From contig JAYFMW010000006.1 of NCBI GenBank assembly GCA_042408215.1, forward strand, positions 576,001 through 640,000: a stretch of 64,000 nt of DNA, written 5' to 3'. Origin of the DNA: Microcoleus sp. GTDB lineage: Bacteria; Cyanobacteriota; Cyanobacteriia; Cyanobacteriales; Microcoleaceae. Position numbers and translations under genes: made by a program. This document shows, one piece after another, positions 1-9,998 of the stretch. The notes below the pieces were generated by a model. It was given only the letters and a program-made list of their open reading frames with translations, had not been told where the DNA came from and ran no database searches. How positions within the stretch are numbered: the stretch's first letter is position 1; each line of letters starts with the position of its first letter.

Positions 1-113
1 GCAAACCCGCCATCCTCTCCACCGGAGCTCAGATCATGGTACCTCTGTTTATTTCGATCGGAGAACGGATTCGGATCGATACTCGCGAAGACAAGTACCT
101 CGGCCGAGAATAA
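1..113 (+). CDS. efp: Elongation factor P, 3' end (partial)
   Basis: Frame from nt 3 reads [36 protein letters not shown], the EF-P C-terminal motif; efp-accB synteny is typical of cyanobacteria. Confidence 0.92.
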   Translation, partial: KPAILSTGAQIMVPLFISIGERIRIDTREDKYLGRE

Positions 114-304
114 ACACTCAAAGGCAGGAGTTATGAGTTGTGAGCTATGGGTTTTGAGTTCTGAATGCACTCAAAACTCACCACTCAAAACTTAAAATTA
201 TCTGTTTCTTTGTCTCCAGTCCGGGCGTCAAGTACCCCGCCTGAAAGTCCAATTCCCAATTTTCAATTCTCAATTTTCAATTCTCAATTACCCTTGAATC
301 TGCT

Positions 305-868
305 GTGCAACTAGACTTAAACCAGCTTTGCGAACTGCTAACTGTTTTAGATAAAACCGGCATTTCGGAGCTGACGTTAAAAAGTGGAGAGCTTGAACTG
401 ACTATACGCAAAGGCATTCAAGCCAGCGAACCAGGAACCGTCGCTGTTGGCCATCCAGCAGTTACGACTCTCGCTCCAACGATCGCAGAAACTTTTGCGA
501 GCAACACTACCGCGTCACATCCTGCTCTGGGCCAAAATTCAGGCTCAAGTCTCACCGACGCTGCACCATCGCCACCTGCTGCTGTGCTTGCTGCTGTCGA
601 ACCCAAATGGGTGTCAATTATTTCGCCGATGGTAGGAACCTTTTATCGGGCTGCTGCTCCCGATGAACCGCCTTTTGTCGCAGTGGGCGATCGCATCAAG
701 GTGGGCCAGACAGTCTGCATTATTGAAGCGATGAAGCTGATGAACGAAATCGATGCCGATGAAGTATCCGGTCAAGTGATGGAAATTTTAGTTCAAAATG
801 GTGAACCTGTGGAATACGGTCAAGTGTTGATGCGAATTAATCCGGACAGCGGCTTACTAGGATTATAG
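305..868 (+). CDS. accB: Acetyl-CoA carboxylase biotin carboxyl carrier protein
   Basis: SPMVGTFY and EAMKLM biotinylation motifs, Pro/Ala linker. Confidence 0.96.
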   Translation: MQLDLNQLCELLTVLDKTGISELTLKSGELELTIRKGIQASEPGTVAVGHPAVTTLAPTIAETFASNTTASHPALGQNSGSSLTDAAPSPPAAVLAAVEPKWVSIISPMVGTFYRAAAPDEPPFVAVGDRIKVGQTVCIIEAMKLMNEIDADEVSGQVMEILVQNGEPVEYGQVLMRINPDSGLLGL

Positions 869-1367
869 AGTAACCCATAATTGGAGTGAATTGGAATAAA
901 TCACAACGCTCCAAATACAGTTCACTTTTTCGACTCCTCTGTAGTCGCTTCCTTCAGTTTATGGGACGAGCCACGGCCAAATAGAGCGTAGTGAAGTAGG
1001 AATCTTGAGGCAGTTTACCCAAGCCTCGTACAATCTTTCGTGGTAGTCGCGCTTACACCATTCTAGTTTGATAGCACACCCAAAGCATTACTGCGTCTAG
1101 CTTTTAAGATTAAGCGTAGCCTCAAAGAGGTGGCGCTTGATTGCTTTTAACGCCACATTACGAGCAGGATTCAAGCCACTACGCAGCTCTGTACCCATCA
1201 ACCGTTGCCACTAATGCAGCACCCTGATTGATAGCCATCAAATTTCAAGTAGGGTTGAGGGCAATTTGCATCCTCAGAGAGAGTCTACAGTCATCAGCCA
1301 TCAGTTATCAGTCCCTATTCCCTGCCTTTTGACCAATGACTCATGACTCATGACTCATGACTAAAAA

Positions 1368-2171
1368 TTACTTGAGCGTAAAATTTTTGTCAAAAGTTTG
1401 GCGTGTACTCGGCTGAGCCACCTCCAACCCTTCCCCGCCCAAAAGTTCTAAAGGCTTGCTTTCCACCGAAATCCAAACCTTGGTATCCGGTTTTAAACTC
1501 GTAGCCGTATAGATAACTTGGCCCAACCGACCGATCATCGAATTGCTGCCTCCCCCCGAAGTAAATTCGGCGGACAAATCGACGTAAACTCCCTGATTCT
1601 TGACACTCAAACTCCTGAGTTTTGTCCCCTTCGGAATTGCGCTAGAAACACTTGCATCCTTCGGCCCAGCCAACAAACTGTTAAAAGCAGCTTGTAGGGT
1701 GGCATCAGGCTTGTCAGCTTCTTTGAGAGCTACTTTGGTAGGAAATACCTCAATTTTGTCGCCCACATCTTTAACCCAGTAGACTTGCACTGTCTGAGCA
1801 GCCGTCGGCTGCACGGGCTTCGGCTGCACGGGCTTCGGATTCAAAGCCTGTGGCGTCTGAGATTGAGACGTTTGAGATTCAGGCGTTTGAACCAGGGGCT
1901 TCTGAACCAGGGGCGTTTGAGCCTGTGGCGTCTGAGACAGGGGCGTTTGGACAGGATTTGGAAGGGGTACGGGAATAATTACAGCAGGGGATTCCGCAGG
2001 AGTTGGGGATAGTGCCGAAGGGGTGGGAGGGGCGGAAGACTGCGTGTCTACCGGGGTTGAGGAACGGTTCGCCGTCCACAAGGCAATTCCCCCTCCCGTC
2101 ACTAAAGCCAACCCGCAAACACCGGCAATCACGGCTGTGGAGACGCGACGTACTTCTTGTCCATCTTTCAT
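1368..2171 (-). CDS. GerMN-domain protein with N-terminal anchor and Pro/Gln-rich linker
   Basis: LLAGP..SSAIPKGTKL..VDLSAEFTSGGGS..QVIYTATS is GerMN-like; start chosen at MKDGQ (ORF track extends to 2252). Confidence 0.8.
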   Translation of the reverse strand: MKDGQEVRRVSTAVIAGVCGLALVTGGGIALWTANRSSTPVDTQSSAPPTPSALSPTPAESPAVIIPVPLPNPVQTPLSQTPQAQTPLVQKPLVQTPESQTSQSQTPQALNPKPVQPKPVQPTAAQTVQVYWVKDVGDKIEVFPTKVALKEADKPDATLQAAFNSLLAGPKDASVSSAIPKGTKLRSLSVKNQGVYVDLSAEFTSGGGSNSMIGRLGQVIYTATSLKPDTKVWISVESKPLELLGGEGLEVAQPSTRQTFDKNFTLK

Positions 2172-2429
2172 AAGAACCTCACGGGAGCATGGAAACCGCG
2201 CACTTTTAGGTCGCGGAGGAAATGCGAATCGGCCAATAAATTTGCCGTCCAACCAGGAAACATGGTAATATCTGGGAGTCTAACAAGACACGGCGACCCT
2301 TGAATAATCGTGAAAAACGGCTCGCCCTGGACGTTAAGTTTAACAGCACTTTCCCCGCCAGAGAGCCAGTTAATCAATCTCAAGGTGAGTGAATCAAAAA
2401 CAACAAAAACCCAGTTAGACATAGAACCT

Positions 2430-2592
2430 TTGACACTCCCCGGCCTGAAGGCACGGGGATTCTTAAGACATTTCGGTCTTAATATCCCTATTTCTAGGGT
2501 TCCCAGGCTGACCACGTTTGCACAAAAATGTGTGTAGTCATATCTCCTCAAAAGTGTTTTGGGCGTATACTTTCCCCCTGTCCAGGGGTAGG
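2430..2592 (-). ncRNA. Putative second omegaRNA/reRNA scaffold
   Basis: 63 nt identical to 2647-2709, plus a diverged 5' part with compensatory stems. Confidence 0.55.
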
Positions 2593-2646
2593 TTTTTAAA
2601 TCTTGTCTGATGCCTTTACGTTGGCCACACACTGGTGGGTGCGTGG

Positions 2647-2810
2647 TTGACACTCCCCGGCCTGAAGGCACGGGGATTCTTAAGACATTTCGGTCTTAAT
2701 ATCCCTATTACGCTTAGTTCCCAAACTCACCACGTTTGCTCTTTGAGCGTGGTGATATCTTTTGGGCGTTTAGGTGCAATGCACCAGGTTTCGCGGAGTC
2801 CCCGCGTACA
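2647..2810 (-). ncRNA. Putative TnpB omegaRNA/reRNA scaffold 1 (overlaps tnpB 3' end)
   Basis: Several stem-loops ending at right-end TCAA; position expected for TnpB reRNA; 5' limit approximate. Confidence 0.65.
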
Positions 2811-4093
2811 TCCAAGGCTCTATCTCTAAGGGTTTTTGCAGCACCAATATCAGCGTGTTCGTGGTAGCCACATTCAACACAGATGAATTTTTCACCATCT
2901 CTGTTTGACTTGTCAATATTGCCACAATTTCTGCATTCTTGGCTGGAGTATTTGGGATTGACTTTAATTACGACTTTTCCTTGCTTCGCAGCTAGATACT
3001 CAATCTTTAAAATCAAATCACCCCAACTTGCGTCAGAGATAGAACGATTCAAACCTTTCTTTCTAGATTGTCCATTTTTCAGAAATCTCCCCGTCTTATC
3101 GTCAACCTTTACACGAGTGCGACGCATCATTCCCGAAATATTCAAATCTTCTAACGCAATCCCATCAACTTGACGAGATACAATTTTGTCAGCTGTTTTC
3201 CATTGATAGGCTTGGCGTCGATCGCTATTTTTTTGGTGTAACCTCCCTACTCTTTTCGTTACTTTCTTGCGATTGTTGCTACCTTTAGCTTTGCGACTAA
3301 TTCGTCGCTGTCTAATTTTTAGAGTGCGTTTAGCTTTTTTTGTGGTTGAGAATTTAGGGTTTTCAATCTGATATCCATCAGAAAAATGAACCAGTTTGGT
3401 TAGCCCCAAGTCACACCCAATTACTTTGACAACATCCTTAAGAGACCTCGCAAGGTAATCGGGAACAGACTGATCTTCAATGCGAATAGACACATACCAA
3501 CCATTTTGTCGCTTTCTAATCGCGCCAGCTTTGATGGTAAAGCCATCTGGGATTGGACGTGAGTTGTAGAATCGCATCCACCCTAATTTAGGTAGATAGA
3601 TTTTGTTACCTTGTATTTTTACACCCATTACAAAAGTAAAAGATGTAAAATTACTACGGTTCTTGAATTTAGGAAACCCCCTGCCCTCAAAGAAATTCTT
3701 GTAGGCAGTATCTAAGCGTTTAACATTCTGCTGTAGAACTGTTGAATCTATTGTGCCATACCAAGGTCTAGCTGTTTTTAAATCAGGCAGTGCCGTGATT
3801 TGAATATCGCCAGCACTTCGACGAGGATTTCTAACTTTACCTTCTTTGTCGAATTTAGGAGCTTTCCAGGGATTGCCAGTTGCACCATTTTTACTGACAT
3901 AGCAAGTGAGCGGAGAAGCTTCACTTTGAGTTCTAATGTCACAGTAGTCGCCTTGAATGAACTGTTGGTTATACTGGGTGATTCTATCGTTCAGACACCA
4001 ATTGTAGTGGCTTCTTAACATATCCACCCAGCTCGACATTTTTAAATCTTGCGCTTGGTTAGGACGGAGTTTGTAAACGTAGTTTATTAGCAA
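2714..4093 (-). CDS. tnpB: RNA-guided endonuclease TnpB
   Basis: RuvC motifs GCDLG, LEDLN, HADIGAA and Zn finger CRNC..CVEC; likely TTG start at 4093 after GGAGGT. Confidence 0.93.
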   Translation of the reverse strand: MLINYVYKLRPNQAQDLKMSSWVDMLRSHYNWCLNDRITQYNQQFIQGDYCDIRTQSEASPLTCYVSKNGATGNPWKAPKFDKEGKVRNPRRSAGDIQITALPDLKTARPWYGTIDSTVLQQNVKRLDTAYKNFFEGRGFPKFKNRSNFTSFTFVMGVKIQGNKIYLPKLGWMRFYNSRPIPDGFTIKAGAIRKRQNGWYVSIRIEDQSVPDYLARSLKDVVKVIGCDLGLTKLVHFSDGYQIENPKFSTTKKAKRTLKIRQRRISRKAKGSNNRKKVTKRVGRLHQKNSDRRQAYQWKTADKIVSRQVDGIALEDLNISGMMRRTRVKVDDKTGRFLKNGQSRKKGLNRSISDASWGDLILKIEYLAAKQGKVVIKVNPKYSSQECRNCGNIDKSNRDGEKFICVECGYHEHADIGAAKTLRDRALDVRGDSAKPGALHLNAQKISPRSKSKRGEFGN

Positions 4094-4231
4094 CTTTAAA
4101 TTACCTCCTAAACTGTTTCTATTTGAGAATCTATTTACTTGTTTAGTCAACTAATTGTTATATTACTTAAACTTGGAAAAGCCGTCCTACAAGGACGGGG
4201 TTTTAAACCCAAATTTTTGATAAAGCACTCT

Positions 4232-4412
4232 TTGAAATACTCACCGCCCGGTCGGTGCGGTGATTCTTGACGCTTCACCGACTGATGCTACCGGAGTAGT
4301 CTTACTCTGTCTCTGCGCCCTGAAGCGAGTCGTGGCGATTCCCCATCCCGACTTTTCTCAATTTTAGCTTAAAGTCGTCCTAGAAGGACGGGGCTTGTAT
4401 CCCAGTTTCTTG
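4232..4412 (-). mobile_element. Non-autonomous IS200/IS605 mini-element (181 bp, no ORF)
   Basis: Left-end hairpin cgtcctagaaggacg preceded by TGAC; right end GAAT-caccgc..gcggtg-TCAA. Confidence 0.75.
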
Positions 4413-4438
4413 GTCAAAAAAATCTTTTTTCCCCAAAC

Positions 4439-4470
4439 AAAAAGCGCCCCTATTTCTAGGAGCGCTTTTT
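4439..4470 (-). terminator. Rho-independent terminator after psbA (repeated at 5794-5825, 7150-7181, 8506-8537)
   Basis: aaaaagcgcccctatttctaggagcgcttttt hairpin with A/T tracts on both sides, about 20 nt after each psbA stop. Confidence 0.85.
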
Positions 4471-4489
4471 GTTAATCAAAAGCTAAAAC

Positions 4490-5572
4490 TTAGCCGTTGA
4501 TAGAAGGAGCAACCAAAGCCACAGGAGTTGTTTCACCAGCGGCCAAGTCGAGAGGGAAGTTGTGAGCATTGCGCTCGTGCATGACTTCCATACCCAAGTT
4601 AGCGCGGTTGATGACATCAGCCCAAGTGTTGATGACACGACCTTGAGAGTCGATAATCGATTGGTTGAAGTTGAAACCGTTCAAGTTGAAAGCCATTGTG
4701 GAGATACCCAGTGCTGTGAACCAGATACCGACAACTGGCCATGCACCCAAGAAGAAGTGCAAAGAACGGCTGTTGTTGAAAGAAGCGTATTGGAAAATCA
4801 AACGACCGAAGTAGCCGTGGGCTGCAACGATGTTGTAGGTTTCTTCTTCTTGACCGAATTTGTAACCGTAGTTTTGCGATTCGGTTTCGGTTGTTTCACG
4901 AACCAAGGAAGATGTTACCAAAGAACCGTGCATGGCGGAGAACAAAGAACCACCGAAGACACCAGCAACTCCCAACATATGGAAGGGGTGCATCAGGATG
5001 TTGTGCTCGGCTTGGAACACGATCATGAAGTTGAATGTACCGGAGATACCCAAAGGCATACCGTCTGAGAAGGAGCCTTGTCCGATCGGGTAGATCAAGA
5101 ATACTGCGGTAGCTGCTGCAACTGGTGCAGAGTAGGCTACGCAAATCCAAGGGCGCATTCCTAAGCGGTAGGACAGTTCCCATTCACGACCCATGTAGCA
5201 AAATACACCGATCAGGAAGTGGAAAATTACCAATTGGTAAGGGCCGCCGTTGTACAACCACTCATCGAGGGAAGCAGCTTCCCAGATTGGGTAGAAGTGA
5301 AGACCGATGGCGTTAGACGAAGGAACAACAGCACCTGTGATGATGTTGTTACCGAACATCAAGGAACCAGCCACTGGTTCGCGGATGCCGTCGATGTCTA
5401 CAGGAGGTGCACCAATGAAGGCGACGATGTAGCAGATGGTGGCGCTTAAGAGGGTAGGAATCATCAAGACGCCGAACCAACCGATATAAATCCGGTTGTC
5501 TGTGCTTGTGACCCACTCGCAGAAGCGTTCCCAGACATTGGCGCTTTCGCGTTGTTGTAAGGTTGTTGTCAT
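4490..5572 (-). CDS. psbA: Photosystem II D1 protein, copy 1
   Basis: 360 aa, [18 protein letters not shown]..; Glu130 (GREWELS). Confidence 0.99.
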   Translation of the reverse strand: MTTTLQQRESANVWERFCEWVTSTDNRIYIGWFGVLMIPTLLSATICYIVAFIGAPPVDIDGIREPVAGSLMFGNNIITGAVVPSSNAIGLHFYPIWEAASLDEWLYNGGPYQLVIFHFLIGVFCYMGREWELSYRLGMRPWICVAYSAPVAAATAVFLIYPIGQGSFSDGMPLGISGTFNFMIVFQAEHNILMHPFHMLGVAGVFGGSLFSAMHGSLVTSSLVRETTETESQNYGYKFGQEEETYNIVAAHGYFGRLIFQYASFNNSRSLHFFLGAWPVVGIWFTALGISTMAFNLNGFNFNQSIIDSQGRVINTWADVINRANLGMEVMHERNAHNFPLDLAAGETTPVALVAPSING

Positions 5573-5621
5573 TTGTTTATGATTGCTGTATTTGGTTGTC
5601 AATGTTCGGATGATGTCTCTA

Positions 5622-5650
5622 TTATTACGGTAATCACTCTGGTTTGTAAA
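5622..5650 (-). promoter_or_regulatory. psbA promoter TTTACA-N17-TAATAA (same sequence upstream of copies 1-3)
   Basis: Sigma70-like boxes about 50 nt upstream of ATG; TTTACA -35 is typical of psbA promoters. Confidence 0.6.
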
Positions 5651-5844
5651 GGGGTTTGGCGACAGTTAAACTGATGACGGTGATAAGTTTTGGTTATCGG
5701 ACGTTGGATTGCTTGCTGTGTCTGAAGAAACGTAGTTTAAATAAATAAGAAACTCAGCCACAAAGAACGTTAGAAAAATCTTTTTTCCCAAACAAAAAGC
5801 GCCCCTATTTCTAGGAGCGCTTTTTGTTAATCAAAAGCTAAAAC

Positions 5845-6927
5845 TTAGCCGTTGATAGAAGGAGCAACCAAAGCCACAGGAGTTGTTTCACCAGCGGCCA
5901 AGTCGAGAGGGAAGTTGTGAGCATTGCGCTCGTGCATGACTTCCATACCCAAGTTAGCGCGGTTGATGACATCAGCCCAAGTGTTGATGACACGACCTTG
6001 AGAGTCGATAATTGATTGGTTGAAGTTGAAACCGTTCAAGTTGAAAGCCATTGTGGAGATACCCAGTGCTGTGAACCAGATACCGACAACTGGCCATGCA
6101 CCCAAGAAGAAGTGCAAAGAACGGCTGTTGTTGAAAGAAGCGTATTGGAAAATCAAACGACCGAAGTAGCCGTGGGCTGCAACGATGTTGTAGGTTTCTT
6201 CTTCTTGACCGAATTTGTAACCGTAGTTTTGCGATTCGGTTTCAGTTGTTTCACGAACCAAGGAAGATGTTACCAAAGAACCGTGCATGGCGGAGAACAA
6301 GCTACCACCGAAGACACCAGCAACTCCCAACATGTGGAAGGGGTGCATCAGGATGTTGTGCTCAGCTTGGAACACGATCATGAAGTTGAATGTACCGGAG
6401 ATACCCAAAGGCATACCGTCAGAGAAGGAGCCTTGTCCGATCGGGTAGATCAAGAATACTGCGGTAGCTGCTGCAACTGGTGCAGAGTAGGCTACGCAAA
6501 TCCAAGGGCGCATTCCTAAGCGGTAGGACAGTTCCCATTCACGACCCATGTAGCAAAATACACCGATCAGGAAGTGGAAAATTACCAATTGGTAAGGGCC
6601 GCCGTTGTACAACCACTCATCGAGGGAAGCAGCTTCCCAGATTGGGTAGAAGTGAAGACCGATCGCGTTAGAAGAAGGAACAACAGCACCTGTGATGATG
6701 TTGTTACCGAACATCAAGGAACCAGCCACTGGTTCGCGGATGCCGTCGATGTCTACAGGAGGTGCACCAATGAAGGCGACGATGTAGCAGATGGTGGCGC
6801 TTAAGAGGGTAGGAATCATCAAGACGCCGAACCAACCGATATAAATCCGGTTGTCTGTGCTTGTGACCCACTCGCAGAAGCGTTCCCAGACATTGGCGCT
6901 TTCGCGTTGTTGTAAGGTTGTTGTCAT
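5845..6927 (-). CDS. psbA: Photosystem II D1 protein, copy 2
   Basis: Protein identical to copy 1. Confidence 0.99.
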   Translation of the reverse strand: MTTTLQQRESANVWERFCEWVTSTDNRIYIGWFGVLMIPTLLSATICYIVAFIGAPPVDIDGIREPVAGSLMFGNNIITGAVVPSSNAIGLHFYPIWEAASLDEWLYNGGPYQLVIFHFLIGVFCYMGREWELSYRLGMRPWICVAYSAPVAAATAVFLIYPIGQGSFSDGMPLGISGTFNFMIVFQAEHNILMHPFHMLGVAGVFGGSLFSAMHGSLVTSSLVRETTETESQNYGYKFGQEEETYNIVAAHGYFGRLIFQYASFNNSRSLHFFLGAWPVVGIWFTALGISTMAFNLNGFNFNQSIIDSQGRVINTWADVINRANLGMEVMHERNAHNFPLDLAAGETTPVALVAPSING

Positions 6928-7200
6928 GTTGTTTATGATTGCTGTATTTGGTTGTCAATGTTCGGATGATGTCTCTATTATTACGGTAATCACTCTGGTT
7001 TGTAAAGGGGTTTGGCGACAGTTAAACTGATGACGGTGATAAGTTTTGGTTATCGGACGTTGGATTGCTTGCTGTGTCTGAAGAAACGTAGTTTAAATAA
7101 ATAAGAAACTCAGCCACAAAGAACGTTAGAAAAATCTTTTTTCCCAAACAAAAAGCGCCCCTATTTCTAGGAGCGCTTTTTGTTAATCAAAAGCTAAAAC

Positions 7201-8283
7201 TTAGCCGTTGATAGAAGGAGCAACCAAAGCCACAGGAGTTGTTTCACCAGCGGCCAAGTCGAGAGGGAAGTTGTGAGCATTGCGCTCGTGCATGACTTCC
7301 ATACCCAAGTTAGCGCGGTTGATGACATCAGCCCAAGTGTTGATGACACGACCTTGAGAGTCGATAATTGATTGGTTGAAGTTGAAACCGTTCAAGTTGA
7401 AAGCCATTGTGGAGATACCCAGTGCTGTGAACCAGATACCGACAACTGGCCATGCACCCAAGAAGAAGTGCAAAGAACGGCTGTTGTTGAAAGAAGCGTA
7501 TTGGAAAATCAAACGACCGAAGTAGCCGTGGGCTGCAACGATGTTGTAGGTTTCTTCTTCTTGACCGAATTTGTAACCGTAGTTTTGCGATTCGGTTTCG
7601 GTTGTTTCACGAACCAAGGAAGATGTTACCAAAGAACCGTGCATGGCGGAGAACAAAGAACCACCGAAGACACCAGCAACTCCCAACATATGGAAGGGGT
7701 GCATCAGGATGTTGTGCTCGGCTTGGAACACGATCATGAAGTTGAATGTACCGGAGATACCCAAAGGCATACCGTCTGAGAATGAGCCTTGTCCGATCGG
7801 GTAGATCAAGAATACTGCGGTAGCGGCTGCAACTGGTGCAGAGTATGCTACGCAAATCCAAGGGCGCATTCCTAAGCGGTAGGACAATTCCCATTCACGA
7901 CCCATGTAGCAAAATACACCGATCAGGAAGTGGAAAATTACCAATTGGTAAGGGCCGCCGTTGTACAACCACTCATCGAGGGAAGCAGCTTCCCAGATTG
8001 GGTAGAAGTGTAAGCCGATCGCGTTAGACGAAGGAACAACAGCACCTGTGATGATGTTGTTACCGAACATCAAGGAACCAGCCACTGGTTCGCGGATGCC
8101 GTCGATGTCTACAGGAGGTGCACCAATGAAGGCGACGATGTAGCAGATGGTGGCGCTTAAGAGGGTAGGAATCATCAAGACGCCGAACCAACCGATATAA
8201 ATCCGGTTGTCTGTGCTTGTGACCCATTCACAGAAGCGTTCCCAGACATTGGCGCTTTCGCGTTGTTGTAAGGTTGTTGTCAT
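7201..8283 (-). CDS. psbA: Photosystem II D1 protein, copy 3
   Basis: Protein identical to copy 1. Confidence 0.99.
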   Translation of the reverse strand: MTTTLQQRESANVWERFCEWVTSTDNRIYIGWFGVLMIPTLLSATICYIVAFIGAPPVDIDGIREPVAGSLMFGNNIITGAVVPSSNAIGLHFYPIWEAASLDEWLYNGGPYQLVIFHFLIGVFCYMGREWELSYRLGMRPWICVAYSAPVAAATAVFLIYPIGQGSFSDGMPLGISGTFNFMIVFQAEHNILMHPFHMLGVAGVFGGSLFSAMHGSLVTSSLVRETTETESQNYGYKFGQEEETYNIVAAHGYFGRLIFQYASFNNSRSLHFFLGAWPVVGIWFTALGISTMAFNLNGFNFNQSIIDSQGRVINTWADVINRANLGMEVMHERNAHNFPLDLAAGETTPVALVAPSING

Positions 8284-8556
8284 TTGTTTATGATTGCTGT
8301 ATTTGGTTGTCAATGTTCGGATGATGTCTCTATTATTACGGTAATCACTCTGGTTTGTAAAGGGGTTTGGCGACAGTTAAACTGATGACGGTGATAAGTT
8401 TTGGTTATCGGACGTTGGATTGCTTGCTGTGTCTGAAGAAACGTAGTTTAAATAAATAAGAAACTCAGCCACAAAGAACGTTAGAAAAATCTTTTTTCCC
8501 CAAACAAAAAGCGCCCCTATTTCTAGGAGCGCTTTTTGTTAATCAAAAGCTAAAAC

Positions 8557-9639
8557 TTAGCCGTTGATAGAAGGAGCAACCAAAGCCACAGGAGTTGTTT
8601 CACCAGCGGCCAAGTCGAGAGGGAAGTTGTGAGCATTGCGCTCGTGCATGACTTCCATACCCAAGTTAGCGCGGTTGATGACATCAGCCCAAGTGTTGAT
8701 GACACGACCTTGAGAGTCGATAATCGATTGGTTGAAGTTGAAACCGTTCAAGTTGAAAGCCATTGTGGAGATACCCAGTGCTGTGAACCAGATACCGACA
8801 ACTGGCCATGCACCCAAGAAGAAGTGCAAAGAACGGCTGTTGTTGAAAGAAGCGTATTGGAAAATCAAACGACCGAAGTAGCCGTGGGCTGCAACGATGT
8901 TGTAGGTTTCTTCTTCTTGACCGAATTTGTAACCGTAGTTTTGCGATTCGGTTTCAGTTGTTTCACGAACCAAGGAAGATGTTACCAAAGAACCGTGCAT
9001 GGCGGAGAACAAAGAACCACCGAAGACACCAGCAACTCCCAACATGTGGAAGGGGTGCATCAGGATGTTGTGCTCAGCTTGGAACACGATCATGAAGTTG
9101 AATGTACCGGAGATACCCAAAGGCATACCGTCTGAGAAGGAGCCTTGTCCGATCGGGTAGATCAAGAATACTGCGGTAGCTGCTGCAACTGGTGCAGAGT
9201 ATGCTACGCAAATCCAAGGGCGCATTCCTAAGCGGTAGGACAGTTCCCATTCACGACCCATGTAGCAAAATACACCGATCAGGAAGTGGAAAATTACCAA
9301 TTGGTAAGGGCCGCCGTTGTACAACCACTCATCGAGGGAAGCAGCTTCCCAGATTGGGTAGAAGTGAAGACCGATCGCGTTAGAAGAAGGAACAACAGCA
9401 CCTGTGATGATGTTGTTACCGAACATCAAGGAACCAGCCACTGGTTCGCGGATGCCGTCGATGTCTACAGGAGGTGCACCAATGAAGGCGACGATGTAGC
9501 AGATGGTGGCGCTTAAGAGGGTAGGAATCATCAAGACGCCGAACCAACCGATATAAATCCGGTTGTCTGTGCTTGTGACCCACTCGCAGAAGCGTTCCCA
9601 GACATTGGCGCTTTCGCGCTGCTGTAAGGTTGTTGTCAT
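8557..9639 (-). CDS. psbA: Photosystem II D1 protein, copy 4
   Basis: Protein identical to copy 1; unique upstream region. Confidence 0.99.
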   Translation of the reverse strand: MTTTLQQRESANVWERFCEWVTSTDNRIYIGWFGVLMIPTLLSATICYIVAFIGAPPVDIDGIREPVAGSLMFGNNIITGAVVPSSNAIGLHFYPIWEAASLDEWLYNGGPYQLVIFHFLIGVFCYMGREWELSYRLGMRPWICVAYSAPVAAATAVFLIYPIGQGSFSDGMPLGISGTFNFMIVFQAEHNILMHPFHMLGVAGVFGGSLFSAMHGSLVTSSLVRETTETESQNYGYKFGQEEETYNIVAAHGYFGRLIFQYASFNNSRSLHFFLGAWPVVGIWFTALGISTMAFNLNGFNFNQSIIDSQGRVINTWADVINRANLGMEVMHERNAHNFPLDLAAGETTPVALVAPSING

Positions 9640-9704
9640 GTTTTTATGATTGCTTTATTTGGTTTTCAATGTTCGTGGCGGTTGTTTGTTCCGCCATGTA
9701 AATA

Positions 9705-9743
9705 AACATAAAGCATATTCTAAGGTTTGTAAAGTATTTTAAC
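9705..9743 (-). promoter_or_regulatory. psbA copy-4 promoter with HLR1-like direct repeat over the -35
   Basis: TTTACA-N17-TATGTT; GTTAAAAT-AC-TTTACAAA resembles the HLR1 (RpaB) motif. Confidence 0.5.
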
Positions 9744-9998
9744 AACAGATTAACTTATATGTGTCATAAGCAAAGCTGATTCAAGTCTGGAATGCTTACT
9801 GTATGGGGATTGTAAAAACACAATCGGAAATTTGTTAAGGATCGCCCGATCAAAGAAATCTCATAATCTAGCTGCACAAGGAGATTCGGGACTGGCGTCA
9901 GTGTTAAGATAAATGAAGGGTGGCGATCGCAATCAATAAAAGTCGCAACTATATAGATAGGTAATTTTTGCGTAAGTCCGATCGATAAGTCCCAAGGA

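Larger units (their letters stand above)
2430..4219 (-). mobile_element. IS200/IS605-family (IS1341-type, tnpA-less) element with duplicated right end
   Basis: Left-end hairpin ccgtcc-N5-ggacgg (~4172-4200) preceded by TTAT on the minus strand; right ends GAAT-hairpin-TCAA ending at 2647 and 2430. Confidence 0.85.

Noticed and set aside
870..1290. Group II intron, tmRNA or RNase P RNA
   Set aside because: No GTGCG start or domain V, and no tRNA-like ends or RNase P consensus recognisable
2410..2646. TnpB guides targeting psbA or other genes in this window
   Set aside because: I could not find a match to either putative guide elsewhere in the window by eye; a computational search is needed
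2168..2829. ORFs 2168-2671, 2310-2537 and 2635-2829
   Set aside because: They run through the duplicated IS right ends; at most a tnpB 3' relic
4562..9516. Plus-strand ORFs over psbA, and the 370-aa extended psbA starts
   Set aside because: Antisense shadows; D1 starts at MTTTLQ, and the extension is out of frame in copy 2
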